64,000 nt of DNA from Octopus vulgaris (taxonomy: Eukaryota), in assembly GCA_951406725.2 (NCBI GenBank), contig OX597821.1, positions 54,374,001 to 54,438,000 of the forward strand. The letters are read 5' to 3'. Made by a program: the position numbers and the translations under genes. Below, in pieces: positions 25,901 through 38,287 of this stretch. Numbering within the stretch: position 1 is the stretch's first letter; every line of letters begins with the position of its first letter. Below the pieces are notes generated by a model. It did not search any database. It was not told the origin of the DNA and was given only the letters and a program-made list of their open reading frames with translations.

Positions 25901-26336
25901 AATGAAGGATAACATTTTTTCGAAAAAAAATATATTCTTTTTCAAAAAAATTTTATCAATGGCCAGCATATCAAAAAATACCTTTAAAGGTTAAATCTAT
26001 AAACAATTCATAATTAAGGGCAAACGAAAAAATTTCTAATGCCAGATATGCACATATTGTCCATTAACCATAATTTTTTCACAATATGCACGCTACTCGA
26101 AAAAAGGTCGACAGAAATTTCTAAAACATTCCAATGTATCACTGACGAAGGGAGGGCTGTTATAAGCTAACCCTGAAATCGGTCCGATATGGTAATAATG
26201 AAATGTTTTAGAAATTTCTGTCAACCTTTTTTCGAGTAGTGTGCATATTATGAAAAAATTATATGGTTAATGGACAATATGTCCAATTTTTCGGCATATC
26301 TGGCATTAGAAATTTTTCGTTTGCCCTTAATTATGA

Positions 26337-26341
<5 letters not shown>
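25899..26341 (+). mobile_element. Hairpin cassette in (TA)n: tail + ~130 bp inverted arms around a hammerhead ribozyme (Penelope pLTR/retrozyme-like)
   Basis: 26003-26130 is the reverse complement of 26202-26341 apart from one ~13 nt indel. The loop holds a hammerhead core and (TA)n lies on both sides. Confidence 0.8.
26131..26192 (+). ncRNA. Minimal type I hammerhead ribozyme
   Basis: TATCA-CTGACGA-AGGG...CCCT-GAAA-TCG-GTC-CGATA: intact core, stem II AGGG/CCCT, GUC cleavage triplet, stem I TATC/GATA with a mismatched closing pair. Confidence 0.75.
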
Positions 26342-26371
<30 letters not shown>

Positions 26372-26375
<4 letters not shown>

Positions 26376-26760
26376 TCTTTTACTTGTTTCAGTCATTTGA
26401 CTGTGGCCATGCTGGAGCACTGCTTTTAGTCGAGCAAATCGACCCCAGGACTTATTCTTTGTAAGCCTAGTACTTATTTTATCATCGGTTGTCAAGCCAT
26501 GTTCGGGGACAAACATACACACACACACACACACATATATACATATATACGACAGGCTTCTTACACATATATACATATATACGACAGGCTTCTTACACAT
26601 ATATACACATTTACGACAGGCTTCTTACAGTTTCCGTCTACCAAATCCACTCACAAGGTTTTGGTCAGCCCAAGGCTATAGTAGAAGATGCAGTGGGACT
26701 GAACCAGGAACCATGTGGTTCGTTATTAAGCTACTTACCACACAGCCACTCCTGCACCTA
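26372..26760 (-). mobile_element. SINE family B with internal deletions and a triplicated ~33 bp segment
   Basis: Reverse complement of family B; ACGACAGGCTTCTTACA occurs three times in 26548-26630. Confidence 0.85.
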
Positions 26761-28017
26761 TATAAATATAAATATATAAATATATGTATATAAATTTATA
26801 TTTATATTTATATTTATATATCCACATAACAGACAAGAATACATATATATGTATATGTATGTATGTATTATGTGTGTATGTATATATGTATATATATTCA
26901 AACATGAGATGACTTTCCACAGCAGAAATAGTTCTGAGAGATAATCCTCCTTTCAGACATGTGTGATAATATACTGGTCCATAAATTATGTCATTTGATT
27001 TGAAGGACATATATATTTTTACACTCTTTCAATTCATCAGCAACACTCACCAAAATCTTTTCTTCACAGCTCGATAAGAATGAATCTGCTCTTTTTAAAA
27101 CAACATTCAATAAGTATACTAATGTGTGTAAAGCTTGATCAAGCTAGGGTTATAAAATTCTTTAATGCTGCTTCGTGTGACTATTTAATTCTAACTAGAG
27201 CAAGTTACATAGTTTGGTGACATGTTGAGAATGTAAAGGTGAGCAGTTATATTCTGCAACCTACTACTAGAATATTCAATTTACCATTGTGAGGTGGTTA
27301 AAGTTCCCTCTTTGCCTTCTTGCTCTCCGTTTCTCTCGCCCCCTCCCCCCTCTCTCTCACACTACATCGCACTTCTGTCTACAGAGATATCAATAAAACT
27401 TTTCTCTAAATTATGCTGATTTTCATATTCTTTCATATTTGTTGGTCTTTTAAAAGTAGTTTTGAAATACTTATTCCAATTTGATTAAATATAAACTTGT
27501 CTTCTATTTTTTTAAGCTAATTTTGTTTCTTCGAAACTTTCTGGGAAAAGAATATTTTTTAATGAAATTATCTACATATACGTTTCAGATAATGTTGATT
27601 CTGACTAAATTAAAAATTGTTGAGAAAATTTTTTTTTTCAGAGATAGGAAAGGAAAGAAGTTTCAGATAATTCAGATTTCTTGGAATTGTTTTTTCATAA
27701 CTCTCATAAAATGGGAATTTTTTAATGAAATTTTCTATAAATTACCTTTTAATGAGATTTTCTATAAATACCTTTCGGTTAGGATACATTATAATCATAT
27801 TGGAATTTGTAGTGAAAATTTGGGGGCAGAGTGAGTGGAGGAGGGGAGTTTTAGATAATTCACATGCAACAATGTTGTTACCTCCTAACTTTCCTGCTAT
27901 TCCACACTTTCTCTTCTGGAATTTATCAAATGAACATCTTTTTAATAAAATGAAACTTTCCAGACATACCAGCATAATTTGAAAAAACAAAATTATCAAA
28001 GATAAATTTGTTGTTAC

Positions 28018-29107
28018 GGCTGTGGACACATAAGATATGCAGCAATATCAAAGGAAGGATAACTGGGAAGATAGTTTTTGTGTGTAGCAAATGCTCAGGG
28101 GTAATAAACAATGAAAATGTGCAGAAAACAGCTTCCATCACATGCCGGGGGAAAAAACTAGAAGTTGATAGCTTCCGTTACCTAGGTGACCAAGTCAGTA
28201 GTTGAGGTGGATGCCCTGAGAGCGAAGCTGCTAGAATAAGAATAATCTGGGGTGCAAAAACCCATGCTACATGGCAGTGAAACATGGGCTGTGACTGCTG
28301 AGGATATGCGTAAGCTTGCAAGAAATGAAGTTAGTATGCTCTGCTGGATGTGTAATGTCAGTGTGCATACACGTCCTGAGAGAAAAGTTGGCCATAAGAA
28401 GCATCAGATGAGATGTGCAAGAGCGATAACTGTGCTGGTGTGGTCATGTGTTGCATATGTATGAGGACAACTGTTTGAAAAAGTATCACAGCCTAGCAGT
28501 AGAGGGAACCTGTGGAAGAGGTAGAGCCAAGAAGACCTGGGATGAGGTGATGAAGCACAACCTTCAAACATTGGGCCTCATGGAAACAATGACAAGTGAC
28601 CAAGACCTTTGGAGATATGCTATGCTTGAGAAGACCCAGCAAGCCAAGTGAGAGCATAACCATGGCCTATGCCAGTGCAGCATAACTGGTTTATTTAATC
28701 AATGGGCAATAAACTGTGCTTGCAAAGACCTGTTGAGTCAAGTGAAATCATTGTTGAGGCCGATGCCTTGTCCTGAGCTGGTCCCGTGCCTGGTCCCATG
28801 CTGGTGGGTTGTAAAAAGCACCATTTGAGCGTGGTTGCTGCCAGTGTCACCTGACTGGTTCCCATGCTGGTGGCATGTAAAAGGCACCATTCAAGTGGGA
28901 TCGATACCAGTACCGCCTGACAGGCTCCCATGCTGGTGGCACATAAATAGTACCACTGAAGCGTGGTTGATGCCAGTGCTGCCTGATTGGCTCTCATGCC
29001 GGTGGCATGTAAAAACCACCCACTACACTCTCGGAGTGGTACAGCCTTCTGGTTTGTTAGTCCTCAGCATGGAAAGTGGGCATTAAACAACGATGATGAT
29101 GATGATG
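28018..29107 (+). mobile_element. RTE LINE 3' part, decayed
   Basis: VDSFRYLGDQVSS, MLHGSETWAVTAEDMRKL and GRGRAKKTWDEV, followed by 3'UTR tandem repeats and a (GAT)n tail. Same family as 38288-40727. Confidence 0.9.
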
Positions 29108-29449
29108 ACATGATCCCTGCTATTTCTAGCATACTAAATGATTATGTAGGTGATGGACTACCAGTGTTTAAGAGAATGAGATTAACTAATGTGGCTAAGT
29201 TGAGTAAACATAATACTTAATTTCTACCAAAATTCTATCCTTGCCTTGGAATACTTGGCATTATTCTAAATTTATCTACTGAGCTAGTGAGTACAATTAG
29301 GTTGAATTAGGGATACAAAGAAAAATGTACATAACATATCAGAAAAATGACACAAATTAGGAATCAAATATGTAAATATCATGTTGTGACTAATGGAAAA
29401 CTACCTAGAGAACAGGCTCTCTGTCAGTTTTAAATATTCTTTTCTTTTC

Positions 29450-29632
29450 TAGGGGAGGGAAGCCAGTTGATTAGATTGACCCCAGTATGCAACTGGTACT
29501 TAATTTATCGACCCCCAAAAGGATGAAAGGCACAGTCAACCTCAGCGGAATTTGAACTCGGAATGTAAAGACAGATGAAATTCCACTAGGTATTTCACCC
29601 AGTGTGCTAACATTTCTGCCAAGCTCGCCACC
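29450..29632 (-). mobile_element. SINE family A
   Basis: CTGGTACTTAATTTATCGACCCCAAAAGGATGAAAGGC is the reverse-complement core. Confidence 0.85.
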
Positions 29633-30209
29633 TTTTAGTTTTAAATATTGTACCAACAATGTAAATGCTCAAAATGCTAAACTAATTATCTGTAAATATA
29701 GACTATTCATTGATAAGCATCAATAATGTTACTGATAATTATTTTAAATATGAAACTGAAATATAAATTTCATTTAATACTTATAACAACAACAGTAATA
29801 ACTGTAATTATGTTAGCTCACGAAATTTTTTCAGAATACAAGGAACACTAACATTAATAATGAAACAAGAAATAATGAAAGTAATGATAATAGCTCTCAG
29901 ATCATTAATGAAAATAGAGCATCAACAAATAAGTCATCTGGAGTAAATATGATGCTTACTGTATTTATGTATCAATTATTCATATTTGGGAAGGAAAAGA
30001 AAAAGAAAATATTTTTTGCTATAATATTCTTTTTTCTTTACAAGTAAAGCAGAATATATTTGTAAATTCTCAAGTGTAAGTATTACCAAATTTTTTATAA
30101 GGTAACTGCTAAATTATTTTATTCTACTTCATCCAATATAGTAGCATCTATTATAGCAGTGTCTATACTATAACTAAAATAATCAGGCTAATGCCATTGA
30201 TAATAACAA

Positions 30210-30397
30210 TGCTTTCTGCTATAGGCACAAAGCCTTAAATTTTCAGGGAAGGGCTAGTCAACTGCATCAGCCCCAGTATTCAACTGGTACTTATTTCATT
30301 GAGCCTTTGATGGAATTTGAACTCAAAATGTAAAGACAGATGAAATACTTCTATGTATTTTGTCTGGCAGATTAACTATTCTGCCAACTCACCACCT
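30210..30397 (-). mobile_element. SINE family A, decayed
   Basis: AGGCACAAAGCC...CTGGTACTTATTTCATTGA...GAATTTGAACTCA. Confidence 0.7.
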
Positions 30398-30416
30398 CAA
30401 TAATAATAAAAATGAA

Positions 30417-31777
<1,361 letters not shown>

Positions 31778-31780
31778 TTG

Positions 31781-31816
<36 letters not shown>

Positions 31817-31866
31817 TTGATAATAGTAATAATAATAATGATGATGATGATGATGATAATAATAAT

Positions 31867-32078
31867 CCTTTCTACTGCAGGCACAAGGCCTGAAATTTGG
31901 TGGGATTGGGGCCAGTCGATTAGATCGACTCCAATACGCAACTGGTACTTAATTTATTGAACTCAAAAGGATGAAAGGCAAAGTCAAATCAGTGGAATTT
32001 AAACTCAAAACGTAAGCACGAATAAAATGTCACTAAGCATTATGTCCAGCGTGCTAAAAATTTTGCCAGCTCACTTCT
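31867..32078 (-). mobile_element. SINE family A
   Basis: CTGGTACTTAATTTATTGA...AAAAGGATGAAAGGCAAAGTC. Confidence 0.85.
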
Positions 32079-32079
32079 T

Positions 32080-32130
<51 letters not shown>

Positions 32131-32645
32131 CAGCAGCAGCAGCAGCAGCAAAAACTCTGGTAGTTATATGTCTAACTATAATTGAGATAATTCAAATCCC
32201 ACACTCTTAAATGATGTAAATAACTTTTAATGTAAATGTTGAATAGTTGAAAATTGCTCATTATAAGGATAATATCAATGCAAAAATATAATGTGTGGTT
32301 AGCACTCATAGAACTTCTAAATTTTATATTTGATTGACAGCAGGTTATTTTTATTGTCATCCATTTTTCAATCAAAGTCTTAAAATATTCAACTTCCTCA
32401 CAGAAATTCGAAAGATGTAATATATAACTTTTGGAGGTTTTTAGTGAAAGGGATTAATGGCTACTTCATATTTAACATGGCTGAATGGAAGTGGTACTGC
32501 AAAGAGAGGCAAGTATTATGGTAATGAGATACTAGAACATACTCTCAAGAAAACATATCTAAGAAAGTGAAAAGCATAAAAGCAAGAGCACCCGTAAGGT
32601 CAGATAAGGTCACAAAAGTATGAGAGATGTATATATATATATATA

Positions 32646-33279
<634 letters not shown>

Positions 33280-33343
33280 TCATAATCATCATCATCATCA
33301 TCTTTTAACGTCTGCCTTCTATGCTAGCATGAGTTGGACGATG

Positions 33344-33389
<46 letters not shown>

Positions 33390-33419
<30 letters not shown>

Positions 33420-36400
33420 CTAGTTTCAGCTTATGAGCTGTGGCCATGCTGGGGCACCGCCATTTGGTGTCGCTACTTGGTTTCACTTCATGGAGGCTTT
33501 CTAGCAACTGCTATTTGGTGCATGAGAGAGTTCGATGCAGCTGCCCTCATCTGCCCCTCCTGCCGTGAAGTTGGTTCATCTGGGACACCTGACAGGAAGA
33601 GATCCAGCTTCATTTTAAAGACATCTGTATCCACCCCATGCAGGTCTCTCAGGTTCTTCGGGAGGATATTGAAGAGCTGTGGGCCTCGGAAGCCCAGGCT
33701 ATCACAGAATCTTGTCCTACATCTTGATGGCAGGTTTGGAGTCCTAGGCACCACGCAGTGGCGCCCAGTTCTGGCATTTGCGTAACTCTCGATGCCAAAG
33801 TTCAGGACACTTCCTCCAGGATCTTCCAGATGTATATTATGGCATATCTTTCCCGCCTACGCTCCAGGGAATATAATTTTAATCTCTTGAGTCTTTCCCA
33901 GTAGCTTACATTCTGCATAGAGGCTATCTTCTTTGTGTAGCTTCGTTGAATCGCCTCAAGTTCTGTGATCAACTTGACACTGGATGGTGACCATAGCTGA
34001 GAGCAATAGTCAAAGTGGCTTAGGACAAGTGTCTTCCAGAGGACCATCATGGTTTCTTGTTCTCTTGTTCTAAAGGTTCTAAGAATCCATCCAGCCAGCC
34101 GTCTACATTTCATTGTCAGTTTAGCAACATGTACATGAAAGGTCGCGTCATCACTCATGTGAATACCCAGGTCACGCACTGATTGTGCCTCTGGGATTGC
34201 AATCCCTCCGGGTCCAGTGTATTCATTGGGTATTGCATTCAGTTTTGCATGCTGATAGTATAAAGCTTGAAACTTTCCAGCATTGAACTGCATGCTATTC
34301 TTTTCAGCCCACTTGTATATTTCGTCCAGCTCACATTGCAGGTGTTTAGTGTCCTCAGGGTTCTGTATTGCCTGTGAAACTTTTGTATCATCTGCATAAC
34401 TTGTGATCGTGGCTCTCTGCGTGGCTGAGGGCATGTCTGAGAGGGCCATTATGAACAGTAGTGGTCCCAGAACAGTGCCCTGCGGAACACCGCTCACTAT
34501 TTGTGTGTTAATGGAGGTGGCCCCATTGGCTACTACCACCTGACTTCTATCCTTCAGAAAGTCATGAAGCCATTCTCCCAGTTTTCCAACTATGTTGAGA
34601 TCACGCAGTTTGTGACATATCATTCCATGATCGACTTTATCAAAGGCCTTTGCAAAGTCGAGATATATCACTTCCACATTTGAGTGGTTGAGCAGCCGTT
34701 TCAGCACCCAGTCATAGTGTTGTAGGAGCTGAGTTAAACAGCTTCTCCCTGGTCGGAAACCATGTTGGGTGTCGGGCAGCAAGTCATTCTCTTCAAGGAA
34801 GGTGATCAGCTTCCTTCTGACTATTCGTTCCATGACCTTGCTGATGTGTGAGGTCAGAGAGATAGGTCTATAGTTCTTGGCTTCCGCTCTGCTACCTCCT
34901 TTATGAATGGGGCATATTTTACCTTCCTTCAGTTTTCCTGGAAGTTTGCCAGCTGCAAGGAAGCTCTGAAAGAGGAACTGCAGTGGTCTTGCTAGGACTC
35001 TCTTACATGCTTTTAGGAGGATTGCCGGGAATCCATCGGGGCCAGTAGCTGAGTCTGTTTTCATTTCATCTATAGCCTTGGTTACATCGTCTTCCTTTAT
35101 ATCGATGTAATCTATCGTCGCCGCCTCTGATTTTATATCTGCAGTGGTAAAAAAAGTCAGTTGGATTGGTGATTTGGAGATGCCCAAGGGGTGGAGTGAA
35201 AACACTCTTGAATTGCTCATTCAGTATTTCACTTACCCTCATTGGTTTTCCTGTAAGTGTGCCATCCTTTTCGAGGAGTGGCCCTATTCTACAGTGCACT
35301 GTAGCTGTTTCTTTGGCATACCTGTAGAAAGCCCTGGGGTTAGATTTTATGTTTTCTATAGCCCAGGCTTCTTTGTCTGCTCTTTCTTTTCATGGGAGAG
35401 TTGCAGACATTTTTCGATTTCCAACAGTTTTATTTTTAGGCGGGACTTTTCACTGCTTTCAATCTGTTTGTTTAGGCGATTTGAAAATTTCGTACGCCGT
35501 CTCATTAAAATTTTCCTCTCTCTGGGGATTTTGTTCTTGTGTACAGTGGCCTTTCTCTCTGGGACACATTTGTAGCATATGGCTTGCATTACAGACATGA
35601 ATTGTTGGAGTTTCACGTCGATGTCTGGCGAGGAGAGACATTTAGGCCAGTTTTGTTTGAGGATCTCTTTCTCAATTTGTTTCCAGTTTGCCTTATGGTA
35701 GTTCAAGCTGGAAAGATTTTGAGGGTTTCTTGTAGGCTGCATGTCCGTGCTCTCTTTTGGCCCGTACATGGTCAGCTCTATCATGTTGTGATCCGAGAGT
35801 AGTGTCGGTGTCACTTTCACATTATGGATGAGATCCATGTCATTTGTGAAGCAGAGATCCAGTGTGTTACCTGCCCTGGTTGGTTGGAGTATTACCTGCT
35901 CCATGTACAGGGTGTTGATGAGGTTCAGGAGGGACCTCGCCTGTCCTCGTTCACATCTTGTCATTCCTGGGAGAGAAAGGCCCTCGGGCCATCTGACATT
36001 GGGCAGATTGAAGTCTCCCATAAGAAGCACACCTATGTGTTGTTCTAATGTGGTTAGAATTTCTTCTATTTTTATAAGGCAGTCTTCAAACTTGCCCACA
36101 TGGCTTGGGGCATCTGGAGGGCTGATATGTAGCACACACAACTACATCAAGTTGCCTAATATGTACAATTAGTGTGTCACACACCGAGTTTGAGTATGAC
36201 AAGAGGACCTGGGATGTGAGGTCCTCACGGATGTACATAGCAACACCTCCATGACTCCTTTCTTTCCTGTCGGTCCGTAGTACAGCATACTGTGGTATGT
36301 GTAACTCCGCATCTGCTATGTCCGGTTTCAGGTGCGTTTCTGTAAGTGCTATGCATATGGCTTGATTGCATGCAACAAAGTCTCTCAGGAACGGGATCTT

Positions 36401-36696
36401 TGTCCTGTTACTGAGTGTTTGCAGTCCTCTGATGTTCAGTAGGAGTATCGAGGTGAGGTGTACGTTGTTGCCGGCGGTGTCCATCCTGTGTCTGTTTGCT
36501 GTGGTGGTCTGGTATATAGTGGGTAGTCCCACCTGCGGGCTTGGGTTTGATGAAGCCAGGTCAGCTGCTGTACAATCTTTTGTGCCATGCACAAAAAAGA
36601 TTGTTGCTCAGCAGCTGCTCTTTCGACAACATCATGTTGGCTGTTTGTGGCGCGCACAACATCTGCGTACCTCCGCTTTGGGGCAGGTGGTGCCCC
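33390..36696 (-). mobile_element. CR1/L2-group LINE (APE endonuclease and RT), near-complete ORF2 with frameshifts, (TCAA)n tail, in (TA)n
   Basis: APE motifs LLNIRGL, ALTETHL, GGVAMY, MGDFNLP, LDLCFTN and SDHNMI. RT motifs YLDFAKAFDKVDH, SGVPQGTVLGPLLF and YADD. The frame is split over five ORF-track segments. Confidence 0.95.
33802..35220 (-). pseudogene. Reverse transcriptase domain of the CR1/L2-group LINE
   Basis: 472-aa ORF with NYRPISLTS, QHGFRPGRSC and YADD. Confidence 0.92.
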
Positions 36697-36767
<71 letters not shown>

Positions 36768-36929
36768 CATATATATGCACACACACATATATATATATAG
36801 AGAGAGAGAGTGGAGTTGGTCAGAATGTAGTGAATAATGAACAGAACTGGAGTGATCAATGCTAAATATAAGCAACAGGGACAAGAAGAATGATGGATGA
36901 ATGTCAGTTTGGAGTAGACCAGAGGGGAG

Positions 36930-37078
36930 GAGACTGGCTGAGTCCTTTTCTCCACTGGGCATAATTTGCACCTCCTCCTGCTATTGAAGTAAGGTTTGCA
37001 CTTCTCCTGTACTCTTAACTTAATACTGAAATCAAAGGCACATTGTTTCAATGAATATATATGCTCTTTCAATGAATT
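36930..37078 (-). pseudogene. Penelope-like element C-terminal fragment (after the GIY-YIG domain)
   Basis: SLKEHIYSLKQCAFDFSIKLRVQEKCKPYFNSRRRCKLCPVEK resembles the Penelope-clade LSKHIWxLK...SIKW...PY...RCxLCxxEK motif. Confidence 0.65.
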
Positions 37079-37081
37079 TAT

Positions 37082-37486
37082 AGGAGGCACAAAAGTGGCT
37101 GTGTGGCAAGTAGTTTGCTTACCAACCACATGGTTCCAAGTTCATTCCCACTGCGTGGCATCTTGGGCAAGTGTCTTCTATAGCCTCGGGCCGACCAAAG
37201 CCTTGTGAGTGGATTTGGTAGATGGAAACTGAAAGAAGCCCATCGTATATATGTATATATATATGTGTATGTGTGTGTATATGTTTGTGTGTCTGTGTTT
37301 GTCCCTCCAACATCGTTTGACAACCAACGGTGGTGTGTTTACATCCCTGTAACTTAGCAGTTCAGCAAAAGAGATCGATAGAATAAGTACTAGGCTTACA
37401 AAGAATAAGGCCTGGGGTCGATTTGCTTGGCTAAAGGTGATGCTTTAGTATGACCACAGTCAAATGACTGAAACGAGTAAAAGAGT
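37082..37486 (+). mobile_element. SINE family B
   Basis: Collinear with 18481-18897. Confidence 0.9.
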
Positions 37487-37872
37487 ATATACATTGCTAT
37501 GGTTGTGATATTTCATCTCTCCTAGCTAGTAGTAACATATGGCTGTTAAATCTAATTCTGAAAGGACCTTTTGTCGTGCCCACATATTTTTGCATGTTCA
37601 TCCACCCACTGGAGTCCTTTGACATCACCTCTATATTATACTAATGAACTATAGTAAAGAACTTAAATTGTAAATGCAAATTCTTTTGATCTGGCCTACA
37701 AGAAAAAGAAAATATATGCTTGAATGCCAAGAGACTGCACCATGACTATAAACGTCAAAGTTTCCATCAACATTAATACAGCCTCTCTTTTTTAAAAATA
37801 TATGTGTTTGCTTTTTCTGACCTATGGATTCTTTGATGGCTACACACATATACACACACACACATATATATA

Positions 37873-38165
37873 TTCATGATAGAATATAAGGAGAAAAATC
37901 ACGTTAATGATCTTTATCAGGTAGTCAGCATGCTATAAAAATTTATAGGTAATTTATGCATTAAATTAATGTACATATGTTTATAACTATATTAAGGGAG
38001 CAAAGGCAAAAAACGACCTATCTTCAGCATGCTTTAAGTGCCGAGACCTTCAAAAACCTACAAAAAACAGGTAGTTTTTTAAAGGTCTCAGTACTTCAAC
38101 CATGCTGGAGATAGGTCGTTTTTGCCCTTGTCTTAATATAATTATATACACATGTATATTATTAA
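37873..38165. mobile_element. Hairpin cassette (tail + ~95 bp imperfect inverted arms) between TA-rich tracts
   Basis: ~37966-38060 pairs with ~38070-38165 (GGCAAAAAACGACCTATCTTCAGCATG / CATGCTGGAGATAGGTCGTTTTTGCC). Confidence 0.75.
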
Positions 38166-38287
38166 TATATATATATATATATACATGTATGACTGTATGT
38201 ATGTAAATATATTTAAACACACACACATATGTAAACAAATACATACACATACACACACACAAACATATATATGTATAAAAGATATAT

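Noticed and set aside
26915-26960. Minus-strand CTGAAAG-GAGGATTATCTCTC-AGAAC hammerhead-like remnant
   Set aside because: Both conserved boxes are disrupted; too degenerate to call.
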